64,000 bases of DNA from positions 38,502,001 to 38,566,000 of the forward strand of contig OX597822.1 in assembly GCA_951406725.2 (NCBI GenBank), read 5' to 3'. The DNA is from Octopus vulgaris (lineage: Eukaryota). How positions within the stretch are numbered: the first letter of the stretch is position 1; each line of letters begins with the position of its first letter. A program made the translations under genes and the position numbers. The notes under the pieces are model-generated. The model saw nothing but the letters and a program-made list of their open reading frames with translations. It was not told the DNA's origin and ran no database searches. This document shows, in pieces, positions 38,846-54,115 of the stretch.

Positions 38846-41095
38846 ATTCCTCATCTCTTAAATACAGAACTGTATAGGCACAAAGCCTGAACTTTTGTAG
38901 TTGATTATAATGACCTCAGTGCTAAAATGGTACTTAGGTCACTGACCCTAAAAGGATAAAAGGCAAAGTGTACTGTGATAGAATTTGAACCCAGAATATA
39001 AAGATGGATGCAATTCCATTAAGCATTTTGTTGAGTGTGATAATGATTCTGCCTGCTTGCTCCCTCCGGGTACTAATCTATTGACCCTGAAAGGATGAAA
39101 GACAAACTAACAATAATAATACAAGCCAACCCTCTATATGGCCACGAGTAATGTGGACATGATGGTGTATTACCGTGGTTACGAAGTTAAGACAATATAA
39201 TGGACCAGGGATATGCTATGGTGTGGTGGATGTAGGAATGCATGGTGGAGTGTATGTATGTATGTATGACAAAATGTATGTATAGTGGATAATCTGTATG
39301 TATGGGGGTATGTGTATATGTGTGAGCTAGCTGGATATACACGTGTGGTCAGTTGTGTGTGAGTGTATGTGTGTGTGTGTGTAGTATCTGTGTGGTCTCA
39401 GTCATGACAACATGGAAGATTCTATCACAACAAAAAAAGTCTGATGTTATGAAAGAGTTAAGCCAACCAGAGCAGTGACTCTGTAGTCTGTAGGAAGGAC
39501 TACGGAAGCCCTCAGTCTGAGAGTGGCGCCAACAGACACACTTCCAAGACATAACATGACTGCCCCACTTTCCAACAAAGATTTCTCAAGGAGGGGAGTG
39601 GGTAGGGGTAGGGTGAGGGGAAAGAAAACGGCAAAATCTCAAGTGTCATTGATGTATATTCAGATGAATCACACACACACACACACACACAAATATAGAC
39701 ATATATGCAAACATACATGCTAATACAAATATACTCATATGCATACATACATTAATTTATATTCACATATACATACAAATATGAAAATATGCATATGAGT
39801 ATGCACACACACAAGAACACACATGAACATATACAGAGAAACATACACACATGCACAGATGCAAGCAAACACACACAAAACATGATGACACACATACACA
39901 CACACACACACAAGCATACATGCAAACACAGATACAGTCACAAGTATACATAGAAGTATGAAAACACATACACACATGCTTGCATGAATGTGTACACAAA
40001 AATATACATGTATATACATGCACGCAAATGTAGCCAAAACATGAATACAAATACGCACACACACTATAGAGAAAACAACATTAATAACAACAACTAATAA
40101 TGTTCTTTAATCTAAGCAAAAGGGCCAACAACGGAGGATGTTAGTCAGTGCAATCGACCCCAGTACTTGACTGGTACTTCACTGATGTTGCCGGCATAAA
40201 ATGCAAAATAATATAAACCGAGGCAGGATTTGAATTCAGAAACAATTCAGAACAACAACAGCAACAATAACAATAATAATAGTCACATCTCTGTATGCTG
40301 TTTTAATAAATCCTTTACTTAATCTTAATTTTAATGCTAATTAGAGTTCACATTAACCTACTTTTATAAGTACTTACATATGTGTGTGTGGGTGTGTAGG
40401 TCCTAGCACAACCGTGTGGTTCAGAAGCTTACTTCCTAACAACATGGGCTTGGGTTCAGTCCCACTGTGTGGCACCTTGGGCACATGTCTTCTTCAATAG
40501 ACATGAGGCCAACTAAAACCTTGTGAGTGGATTTGGTAGGCAGAAATTAAAAGAAGCCTATTGCATGTGTGCGTGTATGTCAGTGTATGAAAGGGAGTGA
40601 GGGACACTGTGTATTTGTGTGTGTGTGTGTGTTTGTACCCTTGTCTTGACAGCATCTGATGGTTGTAAACAATTATCACCAGCATACAAGCAGTGTTGTT
40701 AACTTCTAGTTTTCTGTAAAAAAAAAGTATATCTGGTCATGAGGAAATATTACCTTGTTTGGAAATGGATAAGGGATGGCAACAGAAAGGGCTTCTGGCT
40801 GTAGAAAATCTGCCTCAGCAAATTCCATCTGAGCCATGCAGGCATGGAAAAGTGGATGTTAAATGATGATAATGATGATGATGATGGTGGTATGTGTGTG
40901 TATCACATGATAGTTGTAAAATGACTGCTACTGTCGTCCATTTCCAACAGCCTGCGAGAACATTTTTGGTTATGAGGAAATATTTTCTTACAGGAAGGTA
41001 AGTGAGGTTTGGCATCAGAAAGGGCATCTGGCCAAAGAATATCTGCCGCAATAAACTCGATTGAACCCATGCAAACAGGCAAAAGTAGACATTAA

Positions 41096-41614
41096 CCCTT
41101 TAGCATTTAATCTGGCCCAGATATTCCCCTGGTTTTATGCTAAAACTGACAAGGTCCAATCTCTCACACCTAGCCCACAATGTCAGGTAGCTTGCTTACC
41201 AACCATATGGTTCCAGGTTCAGTGTCTTCTACTATAGCCTCAGGCGGACCAAAACCTTGTGAGTGGATTTGGTAGACAGAAACTGAAAGAAGCCTGTCGT
41301 ATATATGTATATGTGTGTGTGTTTGTCCCCGCAACATCGCTTGACAACTGATGCTGGTGTGTTTATGTCCCCGTAACTTAGCGGTTCGGTAAAAGAGACC
41401 GATAGAATAGTACTAGGCTTACAAAGAATAAGTCCTGGGGTCGATATGCTCGACTACAGGCGGTGCTCCAGCATGGCCACAGTCAAATGACTGAAACAAG
41501 TAAAGAGAGAGACACCACTGAAATCTTACAAGTTACAAGAAAATGCAAGATAAATTCAAAACTGAGTGAATAAAAAAGTAATACATTTGACAGAATAATC
41601 TGAATGCTAAAGAG
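41096..41614. mobile_element. piggyBac-like MITE split by a SINE B copy (41185-41510)
   Basis: ttaa|ccctttagcatt ... aatgctaaagag|tta. An inverted sister copy lies at about 48034-48245. Confidence 0.65.
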
Positions 41615-44600
41615 TTATGATGATGATGATATGTATGAATATATAAATATATCTGTACATATAAATCATATTTTCCTATCTACAGACATATTACAACAAC
41701 TAGGTGAAAAGAATGAGAGTCAGCATTTCAACATTGTCTGAATTATCAGAAGCCCACCAAACATTATTACTACAACTGCGACCACCACCAGCACCACCAT
41801 CTAGTACAAGCACCACAACAACAATGAATGTGCTACTGCTACTATTGTACTGAGTGAGTTTGGTAAACATGGTTTCTGAAAGTATTGATCTGTACCAGAG
41901 TCGGTGTTATTGTTATTGGTGATCACTGTCTCAGCAGTGATCAGCTGAAGACACATATCTATCTGTTTGTGCATAGTAAAACACACACACCCACACACAC
42001 ACACACATGTACATACACACAGAGGCAACATAGAGACTCAGCAAGATCTCGCATATGTAATCCTCCTCCTCCCTTTCTCACATGGACTCATAGAGAAGAG
42101 AAGTGGTCGTGACACTTAGCTTGTGATGGTCAGTTTAAACCTAGCATATCCCATCCACTTCCTCACTGCTTTCCATGATTTTCAGTCTCGGACCTCCATC
42201 TAGATCACTAGGGCCTTTGTTATCGAACTCTCATTCTCCACATACAACATATACAACATGTTGCGAATAACAACAGAGTTCTCTCTTTCCTTCCTTTATA
42301 ATTAAAACTCGTGCTTATACTAGGTTTATTCTAAGGCCTCATGATGTGTGTGTGAGTGTGTAGGTGTATGTAGTTGTAGTAGAAATGGTGGTAGTAGTGG
42401 TGGTGGTGTGTGGTGGTAATAGTTGTAGTATGTGTGTATAGTAAGACAGAGTACATATCATTCAAACAAGAGCGTGGAAATCTTGTTACACCAGATGGTG
42501 GAATAATAAATTGAGTTGATGAGTTTCTACATTTGGGCAGCTGGATAAGTTCATCAAAAAAAGAAGATACGCAGGAGTCAGATCTAATCAGCAAAACCAG
42601 AATATCATTCTTCAGAGCATCTGTTGAGTCAGTGTCGTGGTATGGGATCAAGGAAATGGACCCTGACACAAACACTTCAGAAGAAATTAGATGATGATGA
42701 TGATGACGACGGCGATGATGATGATCATCATCATTTAATGTCTGTTTTCCATGCTGGCATGGGTTGGACAGTTTCAATGAGCACTGGTAAGCTGGGGAGC
42801 TGCACTAGGTTCCAATCTGATTTGGCATGGGTTCTACAACTGGATGTCCTTCCTAATGCCAACCACTCCAAGAGTGCAGTGGGTGCTTTTTATGTGCCAC
42901 CGCCATCAGCCACTTGGTTTGACAGGTCTTCTCAAGCATGGTACATCGCCAAAGATCTTGGTTACCCGTCACCGCCTCTGTGAGGCCCAATGTTTGAATG
43001 ATGCTTTCTACATGCCACTGGTACAGGTGCCAGTCACACAGCACTGGCATTCGCCATGACTACAATTTCACTTGGCCTTGACAAGTCTTCTCAAGCACAG
43101 TATATGATGCATACACCAAGATGCTTAGGGTTGTACAAAGCATAAACTAATATCAGCGCATTACAAATGAAATTTGCCAAAGGTAACAATTACAATTGCT
43201 CAAAGAGTTATGATTTGCAGGACATTGCTGGAGAAATAAACAGGAAGTTCTACAGAAGCTGCTCTTCTGGGAACCAGCTCATGGGAGATGCAGTAGCACT
43301 GGTATTCAACCATTTTTTGCCTATGGCCCCTCTTCATTCCTATTTTACTCCACTGGACCTCCATAGCCATTTGATGTATATAAAAAAATCCTACTGTATT
43401 TTTATAATTAAATTTTATTAGAAATTGAATTAAAAAAAATTAAAACATTTTATGTATTGTAGAAGTATGAGCAAATTACTGCACATAAAATTCTTAACAA
43501 CTAAATCTCATATGGAACCCCAAGGGTCATAGGGACCCTGATTGACAATCATTGCACTAGAGGAAGACCAGCTTGGACATTCATTGTGAGAATGGTAGTA
43601 ATGAATATACAGTGGTGGTCAGTTATGGAGAGTATTGATAGTAGTGGGCTGTGTGTGTATTAGTCATGGTATTAATGGTATGTATATCAGTAGTGGTGTT
43701 GATGGTATGTGCGTGTGTGTGTATATATTTGTTATGGTATGGGTGTTGCTTCCACATTCGTGGAAAGCAACACCCATGTTTGAAATTTCTTCATTAATTC
43801 TTCAAGAGATCCAACAATGAAGAATTAGGTCATTGCAATATATAAGTTTTCCCTTCAAAAACAAGCAATCTTAAACTCTGTTGTTATAGCACTGAGGATG
43901 ATAATGAATAGGAAAGGGCTAAAAATTGGACCCTAATAGACACCTGTTTTATCTTTTATATCTTGTACTTGTTTCAGTGACTGAACTGTGGTCATGCTGG
44001 GGCACCACCTTGAAGGGTTTGGTTGAACAAATTGACCCTGCATTTGTTTTCTTTTAAACCTGGTATATATTATATTAGTCTATTACACTGCACCTCTAAG
44101 TTATAGGGATATAAACAAACCAGCACTGAACAAACACAAAAACAAACAAGCACACACACGCATAAGATTTATATAAATGATGGGCTTCTTTCAGTTTCCA
44201 TCTGCTAGATTCACTCACAAATCTTTGGTTGACCCAGGGCTATAGTAGAAGACATTTGTCCAAAGTGCCACACAGTGGGACTGAACCTAAGACCATGCAG
44301 TCAAGAAGCAAACTCCTTACCACTCGGCCACTTATTGCTGGTTCTCATCTCTGTCAGTGAGTCTGCCTACTGTTTGGAGAGTTCACACAAACCATTTATC
44401 TACAACTAGGTTTCTTAGTGACCACCCGGCTGCATACGGTGGGGGTGGGGTGGGACGGAGGGTAGTTCCTTCAAGTCGAGGGAAATGTTGATTATGGTGA
44501 CTTCCCCTTTGTAGTAAACCCCTAATATGCACACACAGACACACACACAGAGTTTGATGAACGTCAGCACATGAAACTCTCAGCCCTTGAGTCATTTTGT

Positions 44601-44647
44601 AATTTCTGCCGATTACTAATTAAAAACGTTTGTGAGTGTGTGTGTAT

Positions 44648-44685
<38 letters not shown>

Positions 44686-44728
44686 TCATGTTTTGAGTTC
44701 TATTTTTTCTGTTTGCATCATCAAACCC

Positions 44729-44759
<31 letters not shown>

Positions 44760-45035
44760 TATTAGTCAGTGGCACTACTACAACTGTATCCTCACAACCA
44801 GAACTGCACTTAGTCTATCGTCACAACACACATACCTCCAGTTCATCACCACTACTAGACACGCACTTATATCGCCACTGCCACCACCAGTACAGTCTGG
44901 ATGTTGTGAATGAATTCAATTCAACAGAGTGGTGGTTGTAAACAAAACTGTTCTTGCATTACATCAGCGTATGTTATGTTGATTTTGAATAAGTGGGGAA
45001 GAGAGGAAGGGGGAAATATACAGATATATATATAC

Positions 45036-45152
<117 letters not shown>

Positions 45153-45534
45153 TACACACACACATATATATGCACAGAGAGAGAGAGAAGGGGTGACAGA
45201 CTGTGAAAAACATAAGCCATTAACGGTTGCTTTTTTTTCCATGCTTGCGCACACACGCAATTTAATGAGACAGAGATAAACGTGTGTGTGTGGGGGGGTA
45301 TGTGTGCTTTCTTTTACTTATTCCAGTCATGTGATTGTGGCCATGTTGGGATGGTGCTGCCTTGAAGAATTTACTCAAACAGACCAAGTCCAGGACTTGC
45401 TGAATTGGTGAGTTTTGCTGAACTGCTAAGTAGAGGGAACATAAACAAACCATCACTGGTTGTCAAGCAGTGGTTGGGGATAAACACTAAGACACACATA
45501 CAAATATATATATATAAATATATATATATATAGT

Positions 45535-46430
<896 letters not shown>

Positions 46431-46486
46431 AATCACCTTTTACTAGTTTCAGTTATTGGACTGTGGCCATGCTGGAGTACCACCAT

Positions 46487-46521
<35 letters not shown>

Positions 46522-49500
46522 GCATGTGTGTATGTATGTATGTATGTATGTGGAGGCACGATGGCCCAGTGGTTAAGGCAGCAGACTCGCAGTCATGGGA
46601 TCGAGGTTTCGATTCCCAGACTGGGCTTTGTGAGTGTTTATTGAATAAAAGCACCTAAAGTTCCATGAGGCTCCAGCAGGGGGCTGTAGCAAACCCTGTT
46701 GTGCACTTTCACCACAACTTTCTCTCACTCTTTCTTCCTGTTACTGTTGTACTTGTATTTCAAAGGCCCAGCCTTGTCACACACTGTATCACACTGAATC
46801 TCTCCAAGAACTACGTTAAGAGTACGCATGTCTGTGGAGTGCTCAGCCACATGCCCGTTAATTTCATGAACAGGCTGTTCTATTGATCGGATCAACGGGA
46901 ACCCTCGTTGTCGTAACCGACAGACTGCCATGATATATGTATACTACGAGCTTTCAGTTTCAATCAAACAAATCCAATCGCAAGTCTTTGGTCAGCCTGG
47001 GGCTATAGTGAAGATACTTGCTCAAAGTACATCACAGTGGGACTAAACCTAGAACCATGTTTTTGGGAAGTAAACTTATTACCACACAGCCATGCCTGGC
47101 CTACACTCACACATACATACACACAAGCTAACAAATGGGCCTCCATATGGTCAACCAACCTACTAGAAATAGCAAGTAAATCTCCTTATGGTTGCTTTGT
47201 GGCCTATCATAGGTGATAGGTACAGCCCATAAGGCCATCAGATTTACCAAAAGGCAATGTTTATAATGATGATGATGGTGATGGAAGCAGCAAAGATGAT
47301 GTGGAGATTATTGTAAACAAGATTACATATTTGGACCTAAAGATTTCACACAATCACTTAGTTGCATGGTGTCCAAGTGAAAATAAAGTTGACTATGACA
47401 AACATATAAAGACTCATGTGTCCTTCCTAAACTAAGAGGGAACGAGGTACTTTTATGGTTTGGTAGCCTGTGGGAAGTAACAAAAATTATATATTTCACA
47501 ATGAAATGTCTCCTGGTTCATTCCTACTGAACAGAACCTGGGCCAAGTGCCTTGATATGACCCATACCTGCTGAGTAAACTTTGGTGAGATACAAAATTG
47601 AATGGAAGACCAATGTGTGCGAGTGTGTGTGTGTGTGTGAGAATGTGTGTGTGTGTGTGTGTGTGAGAGTGTGGGTGTATGTGAGTGTGTCTGTGTGAGT
47701 ATGCGTGTGTAAGTGTGTGAATGTGAGAGTGTGTGTGTTCACATCGGTGGGATGGTGTCTGGTTTGCTGGCTTGGGTGTTGGTCTCATAATTGAAATTCT
47801 CAGAGCAAACAACAGGTTGCATCTGGGAGTCCACTCAGCTGAAAATGAGGACCAGCAGCAGTTACAGAATTAACTCTGCAACGGACAGGAAACTTGTACA
47901 ATCAATACAATTATGGAAACTGGAATAACATCCCAGTGTGAAGTGGAAAAAAAACAAAAAAAACTGGGATTTTCAACAAAAATAACCTGCAATAGTTACC
48001 TCTGAATTATCTCCCTTTACTTGGCTTCTGCTCCTTAACTCTTTAGCATTCAAATTTCTTTGTCGAATGTAATGTTTTGAAGAAATCACACATTATTTTC
48101 TAGCTTCATGATTTCAATAGTGCATTGGTATATTTTTAGAATGACATTGTAGGGTAGGTGTGAGAAGTTGAATCTGGTTGATTTTAACATAGAACAAGTA
48201 GAATATTTGGGTTGGATATGGCTGGATGAAATGCTAAAAGATTAAAACTCTTAAATTGGTGTCCCAGCACGGCTGGAATCAAATGTGTCATGGCCAATAA
48301 ATACACGCGTGTGCATACACACACATACACAATTCCAAGGAATTGAAAAGGAGGCAAGTTCTTGATATTTCATACCCATGACCAACTTCTACTCTGCATT
48401 ACCATGGTTCCTCTCTCTGCTTGAACCACCAGACGGAACGGTAAATTAATCTTCTCATCTAAACCAAGTGTATTGCTTCCACACATCATACGTCAAATAT
48501 AAGCCACAGGGCAGCATTTCTGCTCTGTCCACTCTTACAAGAGGTGTGAGAGCAGAGGTGAAAAGCTCTGTCCTTGGCCTAGTGGACCTCCTTTGTCATG
48601 GCTTCACAAAACACAAGGAAACAACAAAAACAAACAAAAAAAAAAAACGCAAAGAGAATAGTTGGTACCATTCTACAGAAACTCCAATAGCAGCAGCTTC
48701 AAAATCCCTCATACAGAACAGCACCAGCCCCCACCACCCAAAGCATCGCTGCCACTGCTGCCACCACCATCACAGCTACTATACTGCCATATTGTGAATG
48801 AGAACTTGAGAAAAAAGAGGCAAGGAAAAACAGAGAGTTTAAATGGCAGACATAGGGTGGGTGGTACCTGGGTAGGTGTAGTGAGTGTCCTAGACCTTGA
48901 ATAGGAGAAAATGCTGACTGTGGAGGACAGCTGGCACAGATATTGAACAGACAAGGTGGCACACTTGATTCATTTATTCTTGTATATATATACTCTTTTT
49001 CTCTTTACTCTTTTATTTGCTTCGGTCATTTGACGGTCGTCATGCTGGAGCACCGCCTTTAGTCGAGCAAATCGACCCCAATACTTATTCTTTGTAAGCC
49101 TAGTACTTATTCTATCGGTCTCTTTTGCTAAGTTACAGGGACGTAAACACACCAGGATCGGTTGTCAAGTGATGTTGATGGGGGGACAAACACAGACACA
49201 CATACATTCATACATACATGCATACAAACATATATACACATATACAATGGACTTCTTTCAGTTTCCATCTACAAAATCCACTCACAAGGCTTTGGTCAGC
49301 CCAAGGCTATAGCAGAAGACACTTGCCCAAGGTGCCACGCAGTGGGACTGAATCCGGAACCATGTGGTTCGTAAGCAAGTTACTTACCACACAGCCACTC
49401 CTATGCCTATATATATATATAGAGACACACACATTTATAACACTCACACACACACACACACACACAGTACATACATACATACATACAAATATAGAATCAA

Positions 49501-50744
49501 GCAAAAGGCCAACAAAAGGGCCTCTGTATGGCCACTCGACCAACTAGAAATAGCAATTAAATCTTCTTTGAAATCACACTCTACTACCTTAAAAGAGAAA
49601 GAATGAATAAAGTGGATCTGGCTTGCCTGAACATAGGAATAGCTGGAATGTCCTTGATTATATAGACATGCTCAGTTAGAGGTGACCTGGGGCTAAACAG
49701 CAGTAACCCAAACATCAGATATCTATATCTACCAACACACACACACACAATCATCATCTTAGTTAAAAAACAACAACAGAACATTTACTGATGCAGAAAC
49801 TCAGCACTAAGAGTAGAGCCACCATTACCACCACCACCACCACCACCACTTCATTTGATGCCCATATTCCATGCTGGTCTAGTGGTTAGGACATTACACT
49901 CATGATCGTGAGATTGTGGTTTCTATTCCTGGACTGGGTGGTGCATTGAGTTCTTGAGCAAAACACTTCACCATGCATTGCTCTGCAATCACTTCCAATA
50001 TCTGCCATGTGTCACTGTACACCTGTTCATGCAATGTCGATCTGATGGAAGGAGTGGGCTAATGTGCAGCACCAACATTTGTTCACAATAAAATCCTTTG
50101 TGCAGTTTGCTCAGCAAGAAATTGTGGAACCCTCTCCTGTTGTTACAACCAGAAAGTTCATTTACAACTGATCGTGGCCATTGCCAGCCTCCTCTGGCCC
50201 GTGCCAGTGGCATGTAAAAAGCACCCACTACACTCACAGAGCGGTTGGCATTAGGAAGGGCATCCAACTGTAGGAACACTGCCTGATCAGACAGGAGCCT
50301 GGTACAGACTCCTGGTTTCCCAGACCCCAGTCGAACCGTCCAACCCATGCTAGCATGGAAAACGGACGTTAAACGATGATGATGATAAGGTCTTTTACTT
50401 GTTTTAGACACTGAACTGTGGCCATGCTAGAGCAGTCACTTCATGGGTTTAGTTAAACAAATCGATTCCAGTACATCCCTTTTTTTTTCAAGCCTGGTAC
50501 TTATTCTATTGGTCTCTCTTGTTGAACCACTAAGCACTGCTAAGTTGTGGGGATGTAAACACTAAACAAACAAACACACACACACGATGGCTTCTTTCAG
50601 CTTCTGTCTACCAGATCCATTCACAAGGCTTTAGTTGGTCCAGAACTTTAGGTGAAGATACTTGCCCAAGGTATCATGCAGTGTGGGACAATCTGAAACC
50701 ATATGGTTGGGAAGCAAACTGCTGACCACAGAGCCATGCCTTCA

Positions 50745-51852
50745 CCTTGGACCCTACCTGCTCTATGTAGGTAGCCCAGTTTGATTTGTAGAAAAGGTAT
50801 AAGTAGGAATTTCACATGGTGTAACCATGTGAGCTATGGATACACAAGAGGTACAGTGGATTAATAGTAAGGTTATCAGAGAAGGTAGTATTCATATGTA
50901 AAGATGCACAGGATCAATAAAAACTACAGAGACTTGGGAAACTGATTCTCTCAAATGCCCTGGCGGCTCATTAGAAGTAGTAGATAATTTCTGATACGCA
51001 GGGTACCAAATTAGTAGTGGGTGATGATGCACAGAGAATGTGATACCAAGAATAAGAATAGGATGGAGGAAATTCAGAGAGCTGTTACCTCTGTTGGCTA
51101 TGAAAGGTATCTTTCTCTCTCTCTCTCTGAGTGAAAGGAAGATTGTATGATACGATTGTATGATACAGGTGGTATATGGACAGCAATTCTACATGGTTGT
51201 GGGACATAAGCCCTGAATGCAGAGAACATGTGGAAGTTAGAGAGGAATAAGGCTAATATGCTCCACTGGATGTGTAATGTAAGTGTACATGTTCGACAGA
51301 GTGTTAGTGTATTGAGAGAGAAGTTAGACATATGAGGAACTGGTTGCTGTGTGCAAGAGAGAAGACTGTGCTGGTTTGGTCAAGTGATGCAGGTGGATGC
51401 TGACAGCTCCATAAAGAAGTGTCAATCTCTCAAAGTAGATGGAACATGTGGAAATAGGAGACTTAGGAAGACATGAGACAAAGTACTGAAGGATGATCTC
51501 CAGATGCTGAACCTTTTGGGTGAGATGATAAAGGACCGAAATGCTTGGCACCTCGTGGTACTCAAGAAGAGCTGTGCTCCACAGCAAAAGTGTTAAGGCT
51601 GGTCCCCACTGGTGAAGGGGATTGATTGGCCTACAAGACTCCTGTGCTGGTCCCCCTACAAAAGCACTTGTGTCAGTGCCATGTAAAAGCACCCAACACA
51701 TTCTGTAAAGTGACTGGCATTAGGAAGGGCACCCAACTATAGAAAACATGACGAATCAGATTGGAGCCTGGTGCAGCTCTCTAGCATGCCAGCTCTGGTC
51801 AAACTGCCCAACCCATGCTAGCATGGGCAATGGACGTTAAATGAGGATGATA
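50745..51852 (+). mobile_element. Decayed RTE-clade LINE 3' part (ORF2 C-terminus plus family-C tail)
   Basis: Pseudo-translation LEVVDNF*Y...RIRIGWRKFRELLPLL...RLYD...LERNKANMLHWMCNVSV...LREKL...RRLCWFGQVM...RKT*DKVLKDDL, then ttaggaagggcacccaactatag...acccatgctagcatgg..gatgat. Confidence 0.85.
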
Positions 51853-52099
51853 ATATATATAAACTCTTTTACTTGTTTCAGTCATTTGAGTGTGGCCATG
51901 CTGGAGCACCGCCCTTTTTAGTTGAGCAAACTGACCCTATGACTTATTCTTTGTATGCCTAGTACTTATTCTATCGGTCTCTTTTGCTGAACCGCTAAGT
52001 TATGGGGACGTAAACACACCAGGTTGTCAAGTGATGTTGGGGGGACAAACTCAGACACACAAACATATATATATACACACACACACACACATATATATA

Positions 52100-52482
52100 T
52101 CTCTCTCTATATAAACGGCAGTTTGTCTGTGCGTTTTCTGTGTGTCTGTTTTCTCGTACCCTCACTCTGACCACGGCTTTCAACCGATTCTGATGAAACT
52201 TGACACACACATAGCCCAATGTCATAATTCAAAACTAACGCAGCAAAAATTTTGAAAAGTTCCCCCAGTTCTGAAAAAAATCGATAAATTCGACATGGGG
52301 TCGAGAATCAGAAACCCAAACCACAGACCGTCTAGGGGACGCAACTCCACCTTTTTTAACTCTCAAAAAAATTTACCATCATTTTTTCCCCATTTTTTTG
52401 CTATTTTTTGGCTATAACTCTCTAAAAATGCTTTATAGTTATTTCCCTTACAAACCTGAGCAACGCCGGGCGATACTGCTAG
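52100..52482 (+). mobile_element. Non-autonomous Helitron inserted in the microsatellite of a SINE B
   Basis: A|TC 5' end, 3' hairpin cctgagcaacgccggg and CTAG|T end, no TSD. Confidence 0.8.
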
Positions 52483-52849
52483 TATATATATATATATACA
52501 TATATATGATGGGCTTCTTTCAGCTTCTGTCTACCAAATCCTCTCACAAGGCTTTGGTCGGCCCAAGGATATAGTAGAAGACACTTGACCAAGGTGCCAT
52601 GCAGTGGGACTGAACTTGGAACCATGTGGTTGGTAAGCAAGCTACTTACCACACAGCCACTCCTATGCCTATATATATATAACATCATCATCATCATCGT
52701 TTAACGTTTGTTTTCCATGGTGGCATGTGTCAGATGGTTTGACTGAGGTCTGGAAAGCCAGCAGTTGCACCAGGCTCCAATTTGATCTGACAATGTTTCT
52801 ATAGCTGGATGCCCTTCCTAACGTCAACCACTCTGAGAGTGTAGTGGAT

Positions 52850-53085
52850 GCATTTTATGTGCCACTGGCACGGGAGCCAGTCAGGCAACCCTGACATTGA
52901 TCACATTCGGATAGTGCTTTTTACGTGCCACAGGCACAGGAACCAGTTCGGATGGTGCATTTTATGTGCCACTGGCACAGAAGCCAGTTGAGGGGCACTG
53001 GCATCGACCACGTTCGGATGGTGCATTTATGTGCCACTGGCATGGGACCCAGTTGGAGGGCACTGACATCAACCACATTTGGATA
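52850..53085. repeat. Tandem subrepeats (tttatgtgccactggcac...gttcggatggtgc) within family C
   Basis: About 4 imperfect units. A similar array lies at 13425-13650. Confidence 0.7.
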
Positions 53086-53731
53086 ATATATATCATCGTT
53101 TAACATTCACCTTCCATACTGGTTTGGGTGGGACATCATCATCATTTTACACACACACACACAAAAACGTAGGAAAATTTCCCCAAGTCCCTTTTACACG
53201 AAGAACATATAGCTAAGTGTGAAGGCTGCCATACTTAAGGTGGTGAGAAGAAAATAATTTCCAATTAACTGAAATTACAATCTGAATGAGAATACAAATA
53301 ATTAGTGTTTTGAGGAGATGTCAAGAAAGAGAACTTGCAAAGTTATAATTAACAAAAAGTTAATTTTAATAGACATATGGCGGGAGGTGGGTAGTTGTGA
53401 TCCTTGACAGCCATGATAACATCTTTGGTCACATTCAGGTTTTATTACATCAGCCCACCTGACTGCCCATCCTTCCAGCACTCTACCTATTTATGTATAT
53501 GATGTAATCTAATCTAATGTAAGCAAAAAATCTGTGACTACACCTGCTCTCTTATCTCCAGACAGAGACAGTCTTTTTTCTTAATGATGTCAATTTTACA
53601 AGAATTTTAATTCTCAAAATTATCTCCTCTTCTCATTTTGAGTTGGTCACAATTACCACAAGGCACTTTATTCTTCTCTTGAAGAGAAGGCAATATCAAA
53701 ATAAGCAAGACTTTATTTTGTATCTTATTGG

Positions 53732-53783
<52 letters not shown>

Positions 53784-53830
53784 TAAATGAAAGAATGGAG
53801 TTGAACGAAGATGTTAACAAAATTCCTTTA

Positions 53831-53912
53831 CTCTCGACATATGTTTCGAAGACCACATGGTTTCATTCCAAAGGAATAAAGGGTGTATGATGCAATCTTC
53901 TCATCAGGAAAG
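53831..53912 (-). ncRNA. Minimal type I hammerhead ribozyme motif (Penelope-type)
   Basis: Minus strand CTTTC-CTGATGA-GAAGATT...GGTCTTC-GAAAC-ATAT-GTC-GAGAG. The core is intact, with a 5-bp stem I, a 7-bp stem II and a palindromic ACATATGT stem III. Confidence 0.7.
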
Positions 53913-54115
53913 AAAGGGAGCCTCTCTCGGCAATTTTCCATGCTGACGATAAACATAGGATAATTCATTCACCTATTGAAATATATATATATATATATAT
54001 ATAAATATTGAATTTGAATTCGAAATCGAAACAAATTCGACGACTGGCACCCATGTTGTTGGTAAGCAAGCTACTTACCACACAGCAACTCCTACGGATG
54101 TTGCATATATATATA

